Positions 37,015-46,982 of a stretch of DNA of 64,000 nucleotides are shown one piece after another. Source of the DNA: Minisyncoccota bacterium (GTDB lineage: Bacteria > Patescibacteriota > Minisyncoccia > Phycocordibacterales > UBA9973); the NCBI GenBank assembly GCA_021734995.1, contig JAIPHX010000003.1, positions 11,969-75,968 of the forward strand, written 5' to 3'. The notes beneath the pieces were generated by a model. It saw only the letters and a list, made by a program, of their open reading frames with translations, did not search any database and was not told the origin of the DNA. Numbering within the stretch: the stretch's first letter is position 1; every line of letters starts with the position of its first letter. Both the position numbers and the translations under genes were made by a program.

Positions 37015-38298
37015 TTAAATAAATTGATTTTTTATTTTTTCTTCTATGAGAATTTTTGGACTGCTATATAAAAGATGATTGATATCTTTTATTATTCCCA
37101 TATTTGCAGAGGTATTTGCCTGCTCTGCCTCTGGTTGGATACCTTTTCCAGAGAAAGCAGAACTTGTTTTTCCATCTATCATAAGCTTAATATAGAAATG
37201 AAATCTAGGGAGATTGATGAAATCTTCTGGAGTAATGGGATCAAATTCTTTCGCTAAGATTTCTGCATCTTCTGCTCCGACTTCAAAAGCAATTATTGTA
37301 CCTACGTTACCAAGTACCGCGTCTTTGATTTCATCAGGTAACTGCGCTAGGTATTGATTGGTAAGATGTACACCTAGGCCATATTTTCTGGATTCACTCA
37401 AAAGACTGACGAATGTATCAGTGGTAAAATTTTGAAACTCATCTACATAGAGATAAAAAGGAACTCTTTGATTGGTAACCTGATATGCTCTACGCATAAT
37501 AGATGCTTGCAGTTTAGACAAAATAATGAGTCCAAGCATGTGTGCATTAATCTCACCAATTTTACCTTTTGAAAGATTTACAAGTAGTATTTTGTTTTCA
37601 TCCATTACTTGATCAAAATTAAAACTACTCTTGTATTGTCCGATTATATTACGCATTAGACTATTACTCATAAAAGATCCAAATTTTGACATGAAGTAAT
37701 TGAGCATTTCACTTTTGTGAAAGTCTGCTGTTTTTGCCATTTGCTTTGACCAAAACTCTAAGACTAGAGGATCTGTCACATGAGAAATTTTTTCTTTTTG
37801 AAATTCTGTATCTACAAAGAGTTTGGGAATTTCTATAAGACTTCCACCTTTTGGATCTGCCATAATGGTCAATCCTGCATTTCTAAGCCAGTGTTCAAAT
37901 TGTGGACCGATAATACCAGTCTTGTTGGGGTCAAATAATTTATAAAATATTTGAATACATTCGTTTATCAAAAAACTCCTTTCTTTGTCGTCTTTTGCTT
38001 CTAGTAAGTTCATCCCAAAAGGAAATTCTGTATCGCTTGGATCAAAGAGTATTACATCCTCTCTACGATGAGCAGGGATATGTTCTAGAAGCCAATCAAT
38101 AGATTCTCCATGAGGGTCAATAAAGCAGGTTCCTTGCCCATTTTTAATGTCTTCTAGACACATATTCTGGAAGATGGTAGATTTTCCTACTCCAGTCTTA
38201 CCAATCATATAAGTATGTCGTAGACGGTCATTTCCTCCACATTTTATGGGGGTTTGCTTTCCTCTGTATTCATTTATTCCAATAGTGACGTATTCCAT
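37015..38298 (-). CDS. VirD4/TraD/HerA-like AAA ATPase (type IV secretion/DNA-translocation coupling-protein-like)
   Basis: Walker A GKTGVGKST. Walker B region LYVDEFQNF. 427 aa. Confidence 0.55.
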   Translation of the reverse strand: MEYVTIGINEYRGKQTPIKCGGNDRLRHTYMIGKTGVGKSTIFQNMCLEDIKNGQGTCFIDPHGESIDWLLEHIPAHRREDVILFDPSDTEFPFGMNLLEAKDDKERSFLINECIQIFYKLFDPNKTGIIGPQFEHWLRNAGLTIMADPKGGSLIEIPKLFVDTEFQKEKISHVTDPLVLEFWSKQMAKTADFHKSEMLNYFMSKFGSFMSNSLMRNIIGQYKSSFNFDQVMDENKILLVNLSKGKIGEINAHMLGLIILSKLQASIMRRAYQVTNQRVPFYLYVDEFQNFTTDTFVSLLSESRKYGLGVHLTNQYLAQLPDEIKDAVLGNVGTIIAFEVGAEDAEILAKEFDPITPEDFINLPRFHFYIKLMIDGKTSSAFSGKGIQPEAEQANTSANMGIIKDINHLLYSSPKILIEEKIKNQFI

Positions 38299-38302
38299 AT
38301 AT

Positions 38303-38572
38303 TTATATATTTAAACTTTTCTTAGTAAAATAATTCTCATCTAAATCTTCTTTTTTGTTTTTGGTTTCTTCTTTCTTAATAGTCAAATTATTACTTTGTA
38401 TTCTTTGTTCAGTATTATCAAAAGTCTCTATCAAACTATCTTTTTCTTGTTCTAGTTTATTTTTTATTTTTTCACTAAGCCATGGCGAAACAATATCTTT
38501 AATCTTATTAAACAAAGATATTCTTTCTTGGTATATTTTTTCTGCTAATTCTTTTGATAATATTGTGTTCAT
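38303..38572 (-). CDS. Small coiled-coil hypothetical protein
   Basis: An 89-aa charged helical ORF, 5 nt from the neighbouring gene. Confidence 0.3.
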   Translation of the reverse strand: MNTILSKELAEKIYQERISLFNKIKDIVSPWLSEKIKNKLEQEKDSLIETFDNTEQRIQSNNLTIKKEETKNKKEDLDENYFTKKSLNI

Positions 38573-38632
38573 TTTATTAAGACTTCAGTTTAATTTTTAT
38601 TGGTAATTTTGTTTTTAATGTAATAATTTCCG

Positions 38633-40306
38633 TTATTTCTTTTCATTTAATAATGATTGGACCATCAGAGATTCACAAGTCTCTTCAATAAATCTTTTTA
38701 CTGGCCTTGCTCCAAATCTTGGGTCCGCAAGCCCTTTTATTTTTTCTTCTAGTGTGTTGGTATCAATATCAAATTTTACTTTATGTTTTATCAGTCTTTT
38801 TTCAATCTTTTCTATTTCAAGCTTGGCTATTTGTAATAGACTTTCTTGGGTTAGGGGATTGAATACCAATAGATTATCAAAACGATTTATAAACTCAAGA
38901 CGGAATGATTTTTCTAAAGCAGGTATTATTCTTTCTTTAACAAAGTCTTCAGGGATTTTTCCTTCATTTTCAAAAAACTCTTTGAGGATTTCTTTTACTC
39001 CAGCATTAGAAGTAGCCATCACAATGCAGTTTTTGGCATCTACTGTTTCATTTTGTCCAGAGGTAATTCTACCATCATCAAGTAATTGTAAAAATATATC
39101 AAAGACTTTTGGGTGAGCTTTTTCTATTTCATCTAGTAGTATAAGACAATGAGGTTCTTTTTTTAGAGCATTAGTCAGAGCGCCACCACTTTCATAGCCA
39201 CTATATCCTGCAGGAGCGCCGATCAGTCTCTGTACTGTATGTTCTTGTCCAAATTCAGACATATCAAATCTTATAAAACTTTCACTCTTACCAAACATAT
39301 ATTCAGCTATTAGTTTGGCTGTTTCAGTTTTCCCAACTCCAGATGGACCCATCATCAAGAATGAACCCAATGGTTTGTTGGGGTTACGAAGCCCTAGCTT
39401 GGCTCTTTGGAGTGTTTTTGAAATTAATTGAATAGAGCTTTCTTGATTTATAATTTTTTTATTTAATACTTCTTCTAGATTTTTTAAAATTTCTATTTCA
39501 TCAGCATTTAGTTGATTTATCGGAATACCAGTTTTGCTTGATATCACTTCGGAAATAGTTTCTTCAAAAAGTGCTTTCTTTCCATTTGCAGAAGCTAGAG
39601 CGATACTTTCATCTAGTAGCGAAATAGCAGATTGAGGAAGTTGCCCAAGATTTGGGAATCTTTCTGTGTAGGATACTATATCTTCTAAAGAAATGGTTGG
39701 TATAATCACTCTGTGTTTCTGATTAATCTTTGGTAAAGTATTTCTAAGTATTTTTACATAGTCATCTTTCGTTTGATTTTTTAATTGAATAGTTTCAAAA
39801 AGCTCTACAAAAGCAGGGTATTCTTTTTCTAGCCATGAGTATTCTCTACTCTCTAAACATAATACAATAGAAGGGTTTTGATTTTTTAGTAGGTTGTTGT
39901 AGACTCGCTCAATATTTTGGATTAAATAATTATTTTTATATACAGCTTTACCAAAATTATCTATGAAAATTACAGAATGGGGGATACGTTCTAGTATTTT
40001 TGTGATAGTTATTCTTTGATCTTCGTTATTTTCTAAATCATATAAATGTTCAGTATCAAACTGGATGTATTGAGTATTTTCATTTTTTTTATTTTGTATT
40101 GCATTTTTAACCCAACCATAAAAAAGAGTAGTCTTTCCAATTCCTCTTGGACCTATAATCATGATGTTGTTTCTTAAGCTTCTGTTGGTCACTCTAGATA
40201 TACGGTGGACTTCTTCTTGCCGACCAATGAGCTCAAGTATTTTACCTCGTTCTACTTCTTCTCTAAGATCATAATATTCTATTTTTTTAATGGTTTTGGT
40301 GGTCAT
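38633..40306 (-). CDS. Compact ClpA/ClpB-family two-AAA+ ATPase (no N-domain, no M-domain)
   Basis: D1: LIGRQEEVHRISRV, GPRGIGKTTL, VIFIDNF. D2: MMGPSGVGKTETAKLIAEY, IRFDMSEF, LLDEIEKAHPKVF, ATSNAGV. Only 557 aa. Confidence 0.7.
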   Translation of the reverse strand: MTTKTIKKIEYYDLREEVERGKILELIGRQEEVHRISRVTNRSLRNNIMIIGPRGIGKTTLFYGWVKNAIQNKKNENTQYIQFDTEHLYDLENNEDQRITITKILERIPHSVIFIDNFGKAVYKNNYLIQNIERVYNNLLKNQNPSIVLCLESREYSWLEKEYPAFVELFETIQLKNQTKDDYVKILRNTLPKINQKHRVIIPTISLEDIVSYTERFPNLGQLPQSAISLLDESIALASANGKKALFEETISEVISSKTGIPINQLNADEIEILKNLEEVLNKKIINQESSIQLISKTLQRAKLGLRNPNKPLGSFLMMGPSGVGKTETAKLIAEYMFGKSESFIRFDMSEFGQEHTVQRLIGAPAGYSGYESGGALTNALKKEPHCLILLDEIEKAHPKVFDIFLQLLDDGRITSGQNETVDAKNCIVMATSNAGVKEILKEFFENEGKIPEDFVKERIIPALEKSFRLEFINRFDNLLVFNPLTQESLLQIAKLEIEKIEKRLIKHKVKFDIDTNTLEEKIKGLADPRFGARPVKRFIEETCESLMVQSLLNEKK

Positions 40307-40328
40307 TTTTTTGAACTTCTATATGTTT

Positions 40329-42473
40329 TTAAGATGCTCTTCTTAGAGTAATACCGTTGGAAGATTGTGTTTTTGGTGTTTCTACTTGGATTGGTTGGAT
40401 ATTAACAGGATTGTTTATAATATTTGGGTCGTCGCTTGCTCTATTGAATTGATTTGGGTTATTTCCTTCTTCAGATAAAAAATTTAATGGATCAGCTACT
40501 TGGTCTTTTTTTGTTGGGGCGGTAGAATATATTTTTTGCATATCTTCTATGAATTTTTCAGGAAGACCTAGAGCTCTATATGGTGTCTCATTAAAAATAG
40601 TAGGATTAGCAGGGGTGAGAATTTTTTTTTCATTTGCTGTTGTTGGGTTAGTAATTGTCGTGGTTTCGACTGTTTTAGGTTGTCCGATTGTATCTAAAGT
40701 AGGATTCTCTGTTTTTTGGATTTCTATTTTTGGAGTTTCTGCTCTTTCTGTTTGTTTTATCGCAGGGGCTACTTCCTTTGTTGTATTTGTTGTGGGTTCT
40801 TCTTTTGTTGGTTTTTCTGGTGCTTTTGTTGTTGTTTTTTCCTGTATTTTTACCTGCACTTCTGTTGTGTCTTTTTCTGTAGGTACTTTTACATCTATTG
40901 TTTTTGTTGTGTTTTGTTCTTTTGTTGTGTCTGGGTTTACAATTTTTCCCCGCATTTGATCAATCAAAAAGTCTAGAGATGTTTTTTCTGTTTGATTTAT
41001 GGCTACATCTTGTTCTGTTGTTTTTGTCTTATTATTTTCGGTACTTTTAGTATTTTTCGCTGTGTTGTGTTCTGTATTATTAGTTGTTACTTCTTCAGTG
41101 TTGATTATTTCTTTTCCATCTTCAATCTTAAAAATTTTGGTATGAATTTGTTCATTCTCTGTATTGTTTGTTTCTTGTGGGTTTTCTATTGGTTGTTCTT
41201 TCCCAACTTCCTGTGTTTCTGTTTGTATTATTTCTGTGGGAGTTTCATTTTCTACTTTGTCCGTAATTGTATCATCTTGTATGTTTTCAAAACCACCACT
41301 CAAATCTCCAGCTAGTTTTTCAATAGGGGATTCTTGTGGTTGTACATTGTCTGGTGCATTATTTTCTACCACTTCTATATCACTGACTACTTTTTCGGTA
41401 TCTATTATCTCTGCACCATCTTTGATATCAAAAATTTTAGTATCAATTTGTTTATCTTCTTTGTTCTGTATTTCTTTTAGATCTATATTTTGTTCTATTA
41501 TAGTTTCTGCTTCGCTTGTAATTTCTTCGCTTGGTTTTATCGTCTCATCTTGTGTATCTTCAAAATCACCACTCAAATCTCCAGCTAGTTTTTCAATAGG
41601 GGATTCTTGTGGGCTTTCCATTGCTATATTGTCTGGTGCATTGTTTTCTGCTAGTTCTGTATCAATGACTACTTTTTTGGCATCTATTATCTCTGCACCA
41701 TCTTTGATATCAAAAATTTTAGTATCAATTTGTCCTTCCTCTGTATTGTTTGTTTCTTGTGGGTTTTCTATTAGTTGTTCTTTCCCAACTTCCTGTATCT
41801 CTATTTGTGGTGCTTCTACTGGAGTTTCATTTTCTATTGTTTGAGTGAGTTCTGGATTTTTTAAATCATTAATATCTTCTGGGTTGTTTCTGTCCACTAC
41901 CTTTTCTTCGGTTTCTTTTTTTTCTTCCTTATATTTTTTATTTTCGTAAAGAACATCTTTGTTTTCATCTAGTATACAGAAGATTAAAAGTATCTCTTTT
42001 GTTCCATCAGGGTTTGTCTTCACATTTTCTGTTATTTGGTATGGTTCATTGGGGGTTTTTTGTACATGGTCTAAAAGTTTTAAATGTTCTTCCCATACTT
42101 TTGGTTGATTATTTTTTTCTGCCCATTCTTTAATAAGGGCGGTGATTGATTCTCCGTTTTTGTCAAACATTTCTCCGTTCTCTATTTTCCCTGTACCTTT
42201 TATACTTTCTGTTGTCCAATCACCTTTTTCTCCGTAATATTTTCCATCTATAATCTTATCAGCATATGTTTTTAAGATTTGTGCTGGGGCTTGTTTTTCT
42301 GTTTCATCTTTTTGTATATTTTTTTCTGCCTCCTCTTCTTTATCTGTATCTTTATCTCCTTCTTTTTCTTCTTCTTTTGGTTTTATTTCTGTTTTAACAC
42401 TAACATCAAAAGGATCTTTAAGATCTTCTACATGATCATCTATTTCATATACTTGTGGTGATTCTTGTTCCAT
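40329..42473 (-). CDS. Large acidic low-complexity protein with roughly 90-100-aa tandem repeats
   Basis: A 714-aa E/T/K/N/P-rich ORF. The unit ...QEVGKEQxIENPQETNNTE.GQIDTKIFDIKDGAEIID...ENNAPDN...ESPIEKLAGDLSG.FE... is repeated about 3 times. No signal peptide. Confidence 0.55.
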   Translation of the reverse strand: MEQESPQVYEIDDHVEDLKDPFDVSVKTEIKPKEEEKEGDKDTDKEEEAEKNIQKDETEKQAPAQILKTYADKIIDGKYYGEKGDWTTESIKGTGKIENGEMFDKNGESITALIKEWAEKNNQPKVWEEHLKLLDHVQKTPNEPYQITENVKTNPDGTKEILLIFCILDENKDVLYENKKYKEEKKETEEKVVDRNNPEDINDLKNPELTQTIENETPVEAPQIEIQEVGKEQLIENPQETNNTEEGQIDTKIFDIKDGAEIIDAKKVVIDTELAENNAPDNIAMESPQESPIEKLAGDLSGDFEDTQDETIKPSEEITSEAETIIEQNIDLKEIQNKEDKQIDTKIFDIKDGAEIIDTEKVVSDIEVVENNAPDNVQPQESPIEKLAGDLSGGFENIQDDTITDKVENETPTEIIQTETQEVGKEQPIENPQETNNTENEQIHTKIFKIEDGKEIINTEEVTTNNTEHNTAKNTKSTENNKTKTTEQDVAINQTEKTSLDFLIDQMRGKIVNPDTTKEQNTTKTIDVKVPTEKDTTEVQVKIQEKTTTKAPEKPTKEEPTTNTTKEVAPAIKQTERAETPKIEIQKTENPTLDTIGQPKTVETTTITNPTTANEKKILTPANPTIFNETPYRALGLPEKFIEDMQKIYSTAPTKKDQVADPLNFLSEEGNNPNQFNRASDDPNIINNPVNIQPIQVETPKTQSSNGITLRRAS
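41150..41850. repeat. Approx. 277-bp DNA tandem repeat (about 2.5 copies) inside the acidic-protein gene
   Basis: Near-identical 40-45-bp blocks at 41300-41340/41575-41615 and 41413-41455/41690-41735. Confidence 0.6.
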
Positions 42474-42480
42474 AAAAATG

Positions 42481-42510
42481 ATATAAAAAAATTCTGCTTT
42501 TGGGCAGAAT
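42481..42510 (-). terminator. Rho-independent terminator on minus strand (ttctgc-N6-gcagaa followed by U7)
   Basis: Minus-strand reading: attctgcccaaaagcagaatttttttatat. Confidence 0.5.
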
Positions 42511-42820
42511 GTGTGTTTTTGGAGTTATATAAAAATACCCCAAAAATTATCCTGCTCGGGAAAACATAAAAATAATTGGCAGTCGGACTTGTTCTCTTTA
42601 GTTTTCAAGAAACTAGAGACTTACCGTAGCGGCACTGTACCGGATTCTCACCGGTTTCCCCCATTATTTTTCTTAATTTTTAAACGACTTACATATACAT
42701 TGTACCTTTATTGGATTGCGTATGTCAACCTTGTGTTTTGTACCCCAAATTTGTAGGTGTGACGCTTGCAGTTATCTTATATCTAAAGCATTTTTACTTT
42801 AAATATGTATAATATGAAAG

Positions 42821-43270
42821 ATGAAAAAAACAAGAATTATGGCCTTTGGAACTTTTGATGGTTTACACAAAGGACATCTTGATCTTTTTAAACAAAGCAG
42901 AGCTCTTGCTCTAAACCCATATTTGATTGTTTCAATTGCTAGAGATTCAAACGTAGAAAGAATAAAAGGGGAGAAGCCTTTGTTTAACGAAGATACTAGA
43001 ATGAAAATAGTAAAAAAATCTAGTTTGGTAGACAAGGTGGTGTTAGGAGCAAAAAAAGATTATCTTTCTCATATTGTAAAAGAAAAACCAGCCATTATTG
43101 CTCTTGGTTATGATCAAAAATATTATGTAGCAAATCTAAAAAATAACCTTTTGGTTTTGGGGTTAAAGGTAAAAATTTACAGATTGAAATCTTTTAAAGC
43201 TTATATTTATAAAAACAGGTTGATTAAGCTTAAGAAACTAAAACCTAGACGTTCAAAATCACAGGGATAA
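42821..43270 (+). CDS. Cytidylyltransferase-like nucleotidyltransferase (archaeal RibL-type FAD synthetase / FMN adenylyltransferase-like)
   Basis: GTFDGLHKGH (HxGH). 149 aa with overall similarity to 149-aa RibL. Its 3' end overlaps the convergent rnj by 26 nt. Confidence 0.55.
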   Translation: MKKTRIMAFGTFDGLHKGHLDLFKQSRALALNPYLIVSIARDSNVERIKGEKPLFNEDTRMKIVKKSSLVDKVVLGAKKDYLSHIVKEKPAIIALGYDQKYYVANLKNNLLVLGLKVKIYRLKSFKAYIYKNRLIKLKKLKPRRSKSQG

Positions 43271-45161
43271 CCAAAGGTCTTTTTGCTGTTTTTTGATACA
43301 AGAATTTTGAAATATTTTCTCCCAAGTTTGCTTTTAAATATTCAAAGTCTACAGGACGAGTTTTGGTAGTAATATCTTCTACACTCTTGCGAATGATTAT
43401 TCTGACTTGTCTTAGTAACTCTTGATTTTCTTTTAAGTAAACAAAACCACGAGAGATTAGATCTGGAGATTTTTTTAGTTTGCCAGTGTTTTGGTCTACG
43501 ACAGCAATAATTACAAACATTCCGTCTTGAGCAAGCATTACTCTATCTCTTATTACCACATCTTGATCATCTCCTACAGAAATACCATCTACCATCATGA
43601 GTCCAGCTGGAGCTTTTTCTTTTCGAACATTTATTTTTTCTCCATCAGGAGATATTTCTATAATGCTTCCATTATCTGGGACGACGACATTTTCTTCAGG
43701 CATTCCGAGTTCCATTGCGAGTTGTTTGTGCAGTTGGAGTCTGTAGTGATTTCCATGGATAGGGATGAAGAATTTTGGATGAGTTTTTCGGTGTAACCAC
43801 TTTACGTCTTCTTGATTACCATGTCCTGTAGCGTGCACAAAATCTTCTCCAGGGGTTCGATAACTGATGATTTTTACCCCTTGGCGAGCTATACCGTCTT
43901 TCATTTTTTCTACAGCTCTTTCATTTCCAGGAATAACAGAAGCAGAAAGAATAATAGTATCACCTTTATGAAGAGCAAATTTAGCATGTGACTTATTCGC
44001 CGCTCTATTCAAGGCAGCAAACTCTTCTCCCTGTGCTCCTGTCATCAATATTACTATTTTATTTGGTGGATATTTATCTACTTCTTCTAGGGGAATTATT
44101 GTATCTTTTTTAGGGACAAAATAGTTTGCTTCAATAGCTACATCAATATTTGTTTTCATCGATCTTCCGTCAAGAGCTATTTTTTTACCAAGTTCTTCTG
44201 CTGTTTTTACTACATTAGCAAGTCTTGTGATGTGAGAAGCAAAAGCTGCGATAATAATTCTACCATTTATTTTTTTGAGCAAGTTTGCTAGTCCAGCATG
44301 CACTTTTTCTTCAGGGAGAGAATACCCTTCGTTCTCAACATTAGTGGAATCAGTAAGTAGAAGTAATACTTTTTCTTTATCAAAAATAGAATATTCTTTT
44401 TCTTCTTCTTTACTTGCTACACCATCTTTGTGATCTAGTTTGTAATCTCCAGGAGTTACAATCCAACCGTGCTTGGTATCTATCATAATACCTATAGCAT
44501 CTGGGATAGTATGAGTTACTCCAAAGAATTTTATTTTAATTTTTCCAAGAGTAATAGTCTCATTTTTTTCAACTATATTTTCTTTCATTTTTGGTAGGTG
44601 AGGGAACTCAGCAGCTCTTTTACGCATAAGCAAAATAGAAAGGTTACGAGAATATACAGGAGGGTTTCCAATACGTGAAAGGACCAACGGTACACCCCCG
44701 ATATGGTCTAAGTGGCCATGAGTAATCACAAGTCCACGAATCTTATCTTTCCTTTCTTCTAAGTAAGTAGTGTTTGGAATAACATAATCTACTCCAGGAG
44801 TTTCTTCGGTGGAAAAGTGCATACCAGCATCAACTACGATAATATCGTCGCCAATCTCAATAGCAGTCATGTTTTTACCGATTTCTTCCACTCCTCCCAA
44901 TGGGATAATTCTAATCACCCCTTCTTCGATTGGTGGAATTTTTTGGTCTATGTTATTTCTCCCTCTACTTTTGTTTTGAGAAGAAGAGTTTCTTCGGTCT
45001 TTAAAACCTTTTTTTGCATATTGAAAAGTGGAAGTTTTTCTAATTTTCTTATGAGAAGAACTATCAGTATTACTTTTATTATCTGTGTTTTCTTTTTGTT
45101 CTAACTTTTTTGCCTCTTCAAAGCTGACTGCGCTGAATGACAATATATTTTTTTTCTTCAT
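43245..45161 (-). CDS. rnj: Ribonuclease J (MBL/beta-CASP) with about 85-aa basic Ser-rich N-terminal extension
   Basis: RIIPLGGVEEIGKNM and HGHLDHIGG (HxHxDH) are present. beta-CASP and C-terminal domains give 638 aa. Confidence 0.8.
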   Translation of the reverse strand: MKKKNILSFSAVSFEEAKKLEQKENTDNKSNTDSSSHKKIRKTSTFQYAKKGFKDRRNSSSQNKSRGRNNIDQKIPPIEEGVIRIIPLGGVEEIGKNMTAIEIGDDIIVVDAGMHFSTEETPGVDYVIPNTTYLEERKDKIRGLVITHGHLDHIGGVPLVLSRIGNPPVYSRNLSILLMRKRAAEFPHLPKMKENIVEKNETITLGKIKIKFFGVTHTIPDAIGIMIDTKHGWIVTPGDYKLDHKDGVASKEEEKEYSIFDKEKVLLLLTDSTNVENEGYSLPEEKVHAGLANLLKKINGRIIIAAFASHITRLANVVKTAEELGKKIALDGRSMKTNIDVAIEANYFVPKKDTIIPLEEVDKYPPNKIVILMTGAQGEEFAALNRAANKSHAKFALHKGDTIILSASVIPGNERAVEKMKDGIARQGVKIISYRTPGEDFVHATGHGNQEDVKWLHRKTHPKFFIPIHGNHYRLQLHKQLAMELGMPEENVVVPDNGSIIEISPDGEKINVRKEKAPAGLMMVDGISVGDDQDVVIRDRVMLAQDGMFVIIAVVDQNTGKLKKSPDLISRGFVYLKENQELLRQVRIIIRKSVEDITTKTRPVDFEYLKANLGENISKFLYQKTAKRPLVIPVILNV

Positions 45162-45180
45162 TTGGTTGTTATATTAATTT

Positions 45181-46902
45181 TTAATTATTTGGAGTAAATA
45201 TTTTCCATACACTATCGGTCTCTGTATACCAATTGTATACTTCATTAAACCTATCTTTAGAAGAGGGAATATCCATATTTGAGATTCCTTCTAATTTATC
45301 TTTTACGACATAGATAAATTCTGGGCTATAGATAAAGACAGCAGGATTTTCTTTTTTGATTTCATTTTCAAATTCTAAATATTTTGCTTCTCTTTTCTCT
45401 TTGTCATGGATGGATAATGCTTCTTCTAAAATTTTATCTACTTTTACGTTTGTATACATTGCTACGTTTAGGCCAGGTTCTTTTCTTTGGGAGGAATGCC
45501 AGAAAGCAAACAAGTCAGATTGACGATTGATGATTTCTCCAAAAAGCAATGCGTCATATTTTCTTGGTTTGATGACGGATTGATTTAGATCTCCAAGTTC
45601 AAAAGTCTTCACTTCTACTTTCATACCTATTTCCATAAGATTTTTTTGAATTAACTCAGCTGTTTTTTTTAAATCTTCAGAGTTACTTGTAGATATTGAG
45701 AAGGACAGGATAGCTTCTTTTTTTGCAAAAAAACCATCTTCATTTTTTTTCCATCCTGCTTTTGTTAAAATATTTTCTGCAAGATCTTTTTTCTCTTCTC
45801 GTGTTAGTAATTTTTCATCTTCTTGTGCATTTTTATTTGGCATAGGACTGTCTATTATTTGCCCATAGCCATACAATACTTCCTCCAGTATTCTTTTTTT
45901 GTCTAGATAAGTATTGATTGCAGAAACGATACTTTTGTCTATAAATAATTGGTTTTCATTGTGATTGAAAAACATTCCAAAAATTCTTGGTAAGACATAT
46001 GACTCTATTTTGTATCCTTTTTCTTTTAATTTTTCAGCATTTTCGGGTGATATTTGACTTATCTGATCTACTTCACCTTTTTCTAAAGCAGAAATTAGGT
46101 CACTTTCGTTATTGTAGAATTTTAAGTTAATACTTTTTACATAGGGTTTTCCAAGGGTGAATTTTTTGAATGGTACCAATCCATAGGATTTCACTATCCC
46201 TTGTGCTTCTTTTGTGGAATTTTTTATCATAAAAGGACCAGACCCGACAGGAGAAGTGTTTCTATCATTTAGTTCCATTGGGAATCCTTTCCATAAGTGT
46301 GCAGGCATAATTCCTAAAGTAGTATTTTCCAAGAATCCTGCATCTTGTGTTCTTAGATTAAAACGTACAGTTTTCTCATCTATTTTTTCTACAGAAACTC
46401 TTTCCCAGTTGCCAGCATTGGATACTCTGAGTACAGGATTTTTTGCTTCTTGAATAGTAAATATTATATCGTCTATGGTTACAGGTTCTCCATCTTGGAA
46501 ATAGATTTTATCTTTTAGTGTGAATGTATAAGAAAGATGGTTTGGGGCAACTTCATAACTTTCAGCAAGATCTAGTATTAGATTTCCATCTTTGTCTTTT
46601 CGCATTAGTCCTGAATAGATAAGATTTACCAAATCTTTATCTACATCAGAAAAAGCAAGAAGAGGGTTAACAAATCTAGGTGTACCAATAATACCTTCAG
46701 TTATATTTCCACCTTTCATTGGAACTTTTATCATAAAAGATTGATTGACATAATGAAGCACAATCAAAGTGCTCAATATAAATACAAAAACAAGAGAACC
46801 AAAAATTGCCCATTCTTTTTTAGAGAAGGCCTTAAAAGTTAGAAGTATTTCATTCTTCTTTGGCAATTTAAAATTGCTTATAGATATATATTTATTTTTC
46901 AT
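45181..46902 (-). CDS. ABC transporter substrate-binding protein, family 5 (oligopeptide/nickel type), membrane-anchored
   Basis: N-terminal TM and a 570-aa SBP_bac_5-like architecture. Confidence 0.6.
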   Translation of the reverse strand: MKNKYISISNFKLPKKNEILLTFKAFSKKEWAIFGSLVFVFILSTLIVLHYVNQSFMIKVPMKGGNITEGIIGTPRFVNPLLAFSDVDKDLVNLIYSGLMRKDKDGNLILDLAESYEVAPNHLSYTFTLKDKIYFQDGEPVTIDDIIFTIQEAKNPVLRVSNAGNWERVSVEKIDEKTVRFNLRTQDAGFLENTTLGIMPAHLWKGFPMELNDRNTSPVGSGPFMIKNSTKEAQGIVKSYGLVPFKKFTLGKPYVKSINLKFYNNESDLISALEKGEVDQISQISPENAEKLKEKGYKIESYVLPRIFGMFFNHNENQLFIDKSIVSAINTYLDKKRILEEVLYGYGQIIDSPMPNKNAQEDEKLLTREEKKDLAENILTKAGWKKNEDGFFAKKEAILSFSISTSNSEDLKKTAELIQKNLMEIGMKVEVKTFELGDLNQSVIKPRKYDALLFGEIINRQSDLFAFWHSSQRKEPGLNVAMYTNVKVDKILEEALSIHDKEKREAKYLEFENEIKKENPAVFIYSPEFIYVVKDKLEGISNMDIPSSKDRFNEVYNWYTETDSVWKIFTPNN

Positions 46903-46982
46903 AAAAAGAATATTTCTTTAAAAGTTTTTTAAAAGAGTAAAAGAAAAAACTTTTGTTTTGTATATTTGTAAAAAACAAAAAT

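Noticed and set aside
40549-41844. Multiple + strand ORFs (136, 86, 107, 226 aa) rich in Cys/Phe/Ser
   Set aside because: They are antisense to the 714-aa acidic repeat protein. The low-complexity translations are produced by the complementary strand of a GAA/ACA-rich coding region.
42511-42820. FMN riboswitch upstream of the RibL-like FAD-synthetase-type gene
   Set aside because: I looked for the conserved RFN segments (GGGUGAAAUUCC..ACCGGCGGU; CCGACAGUGAAAGUCUGGAUGGGAGA) and could not find convincing matches on either strand.
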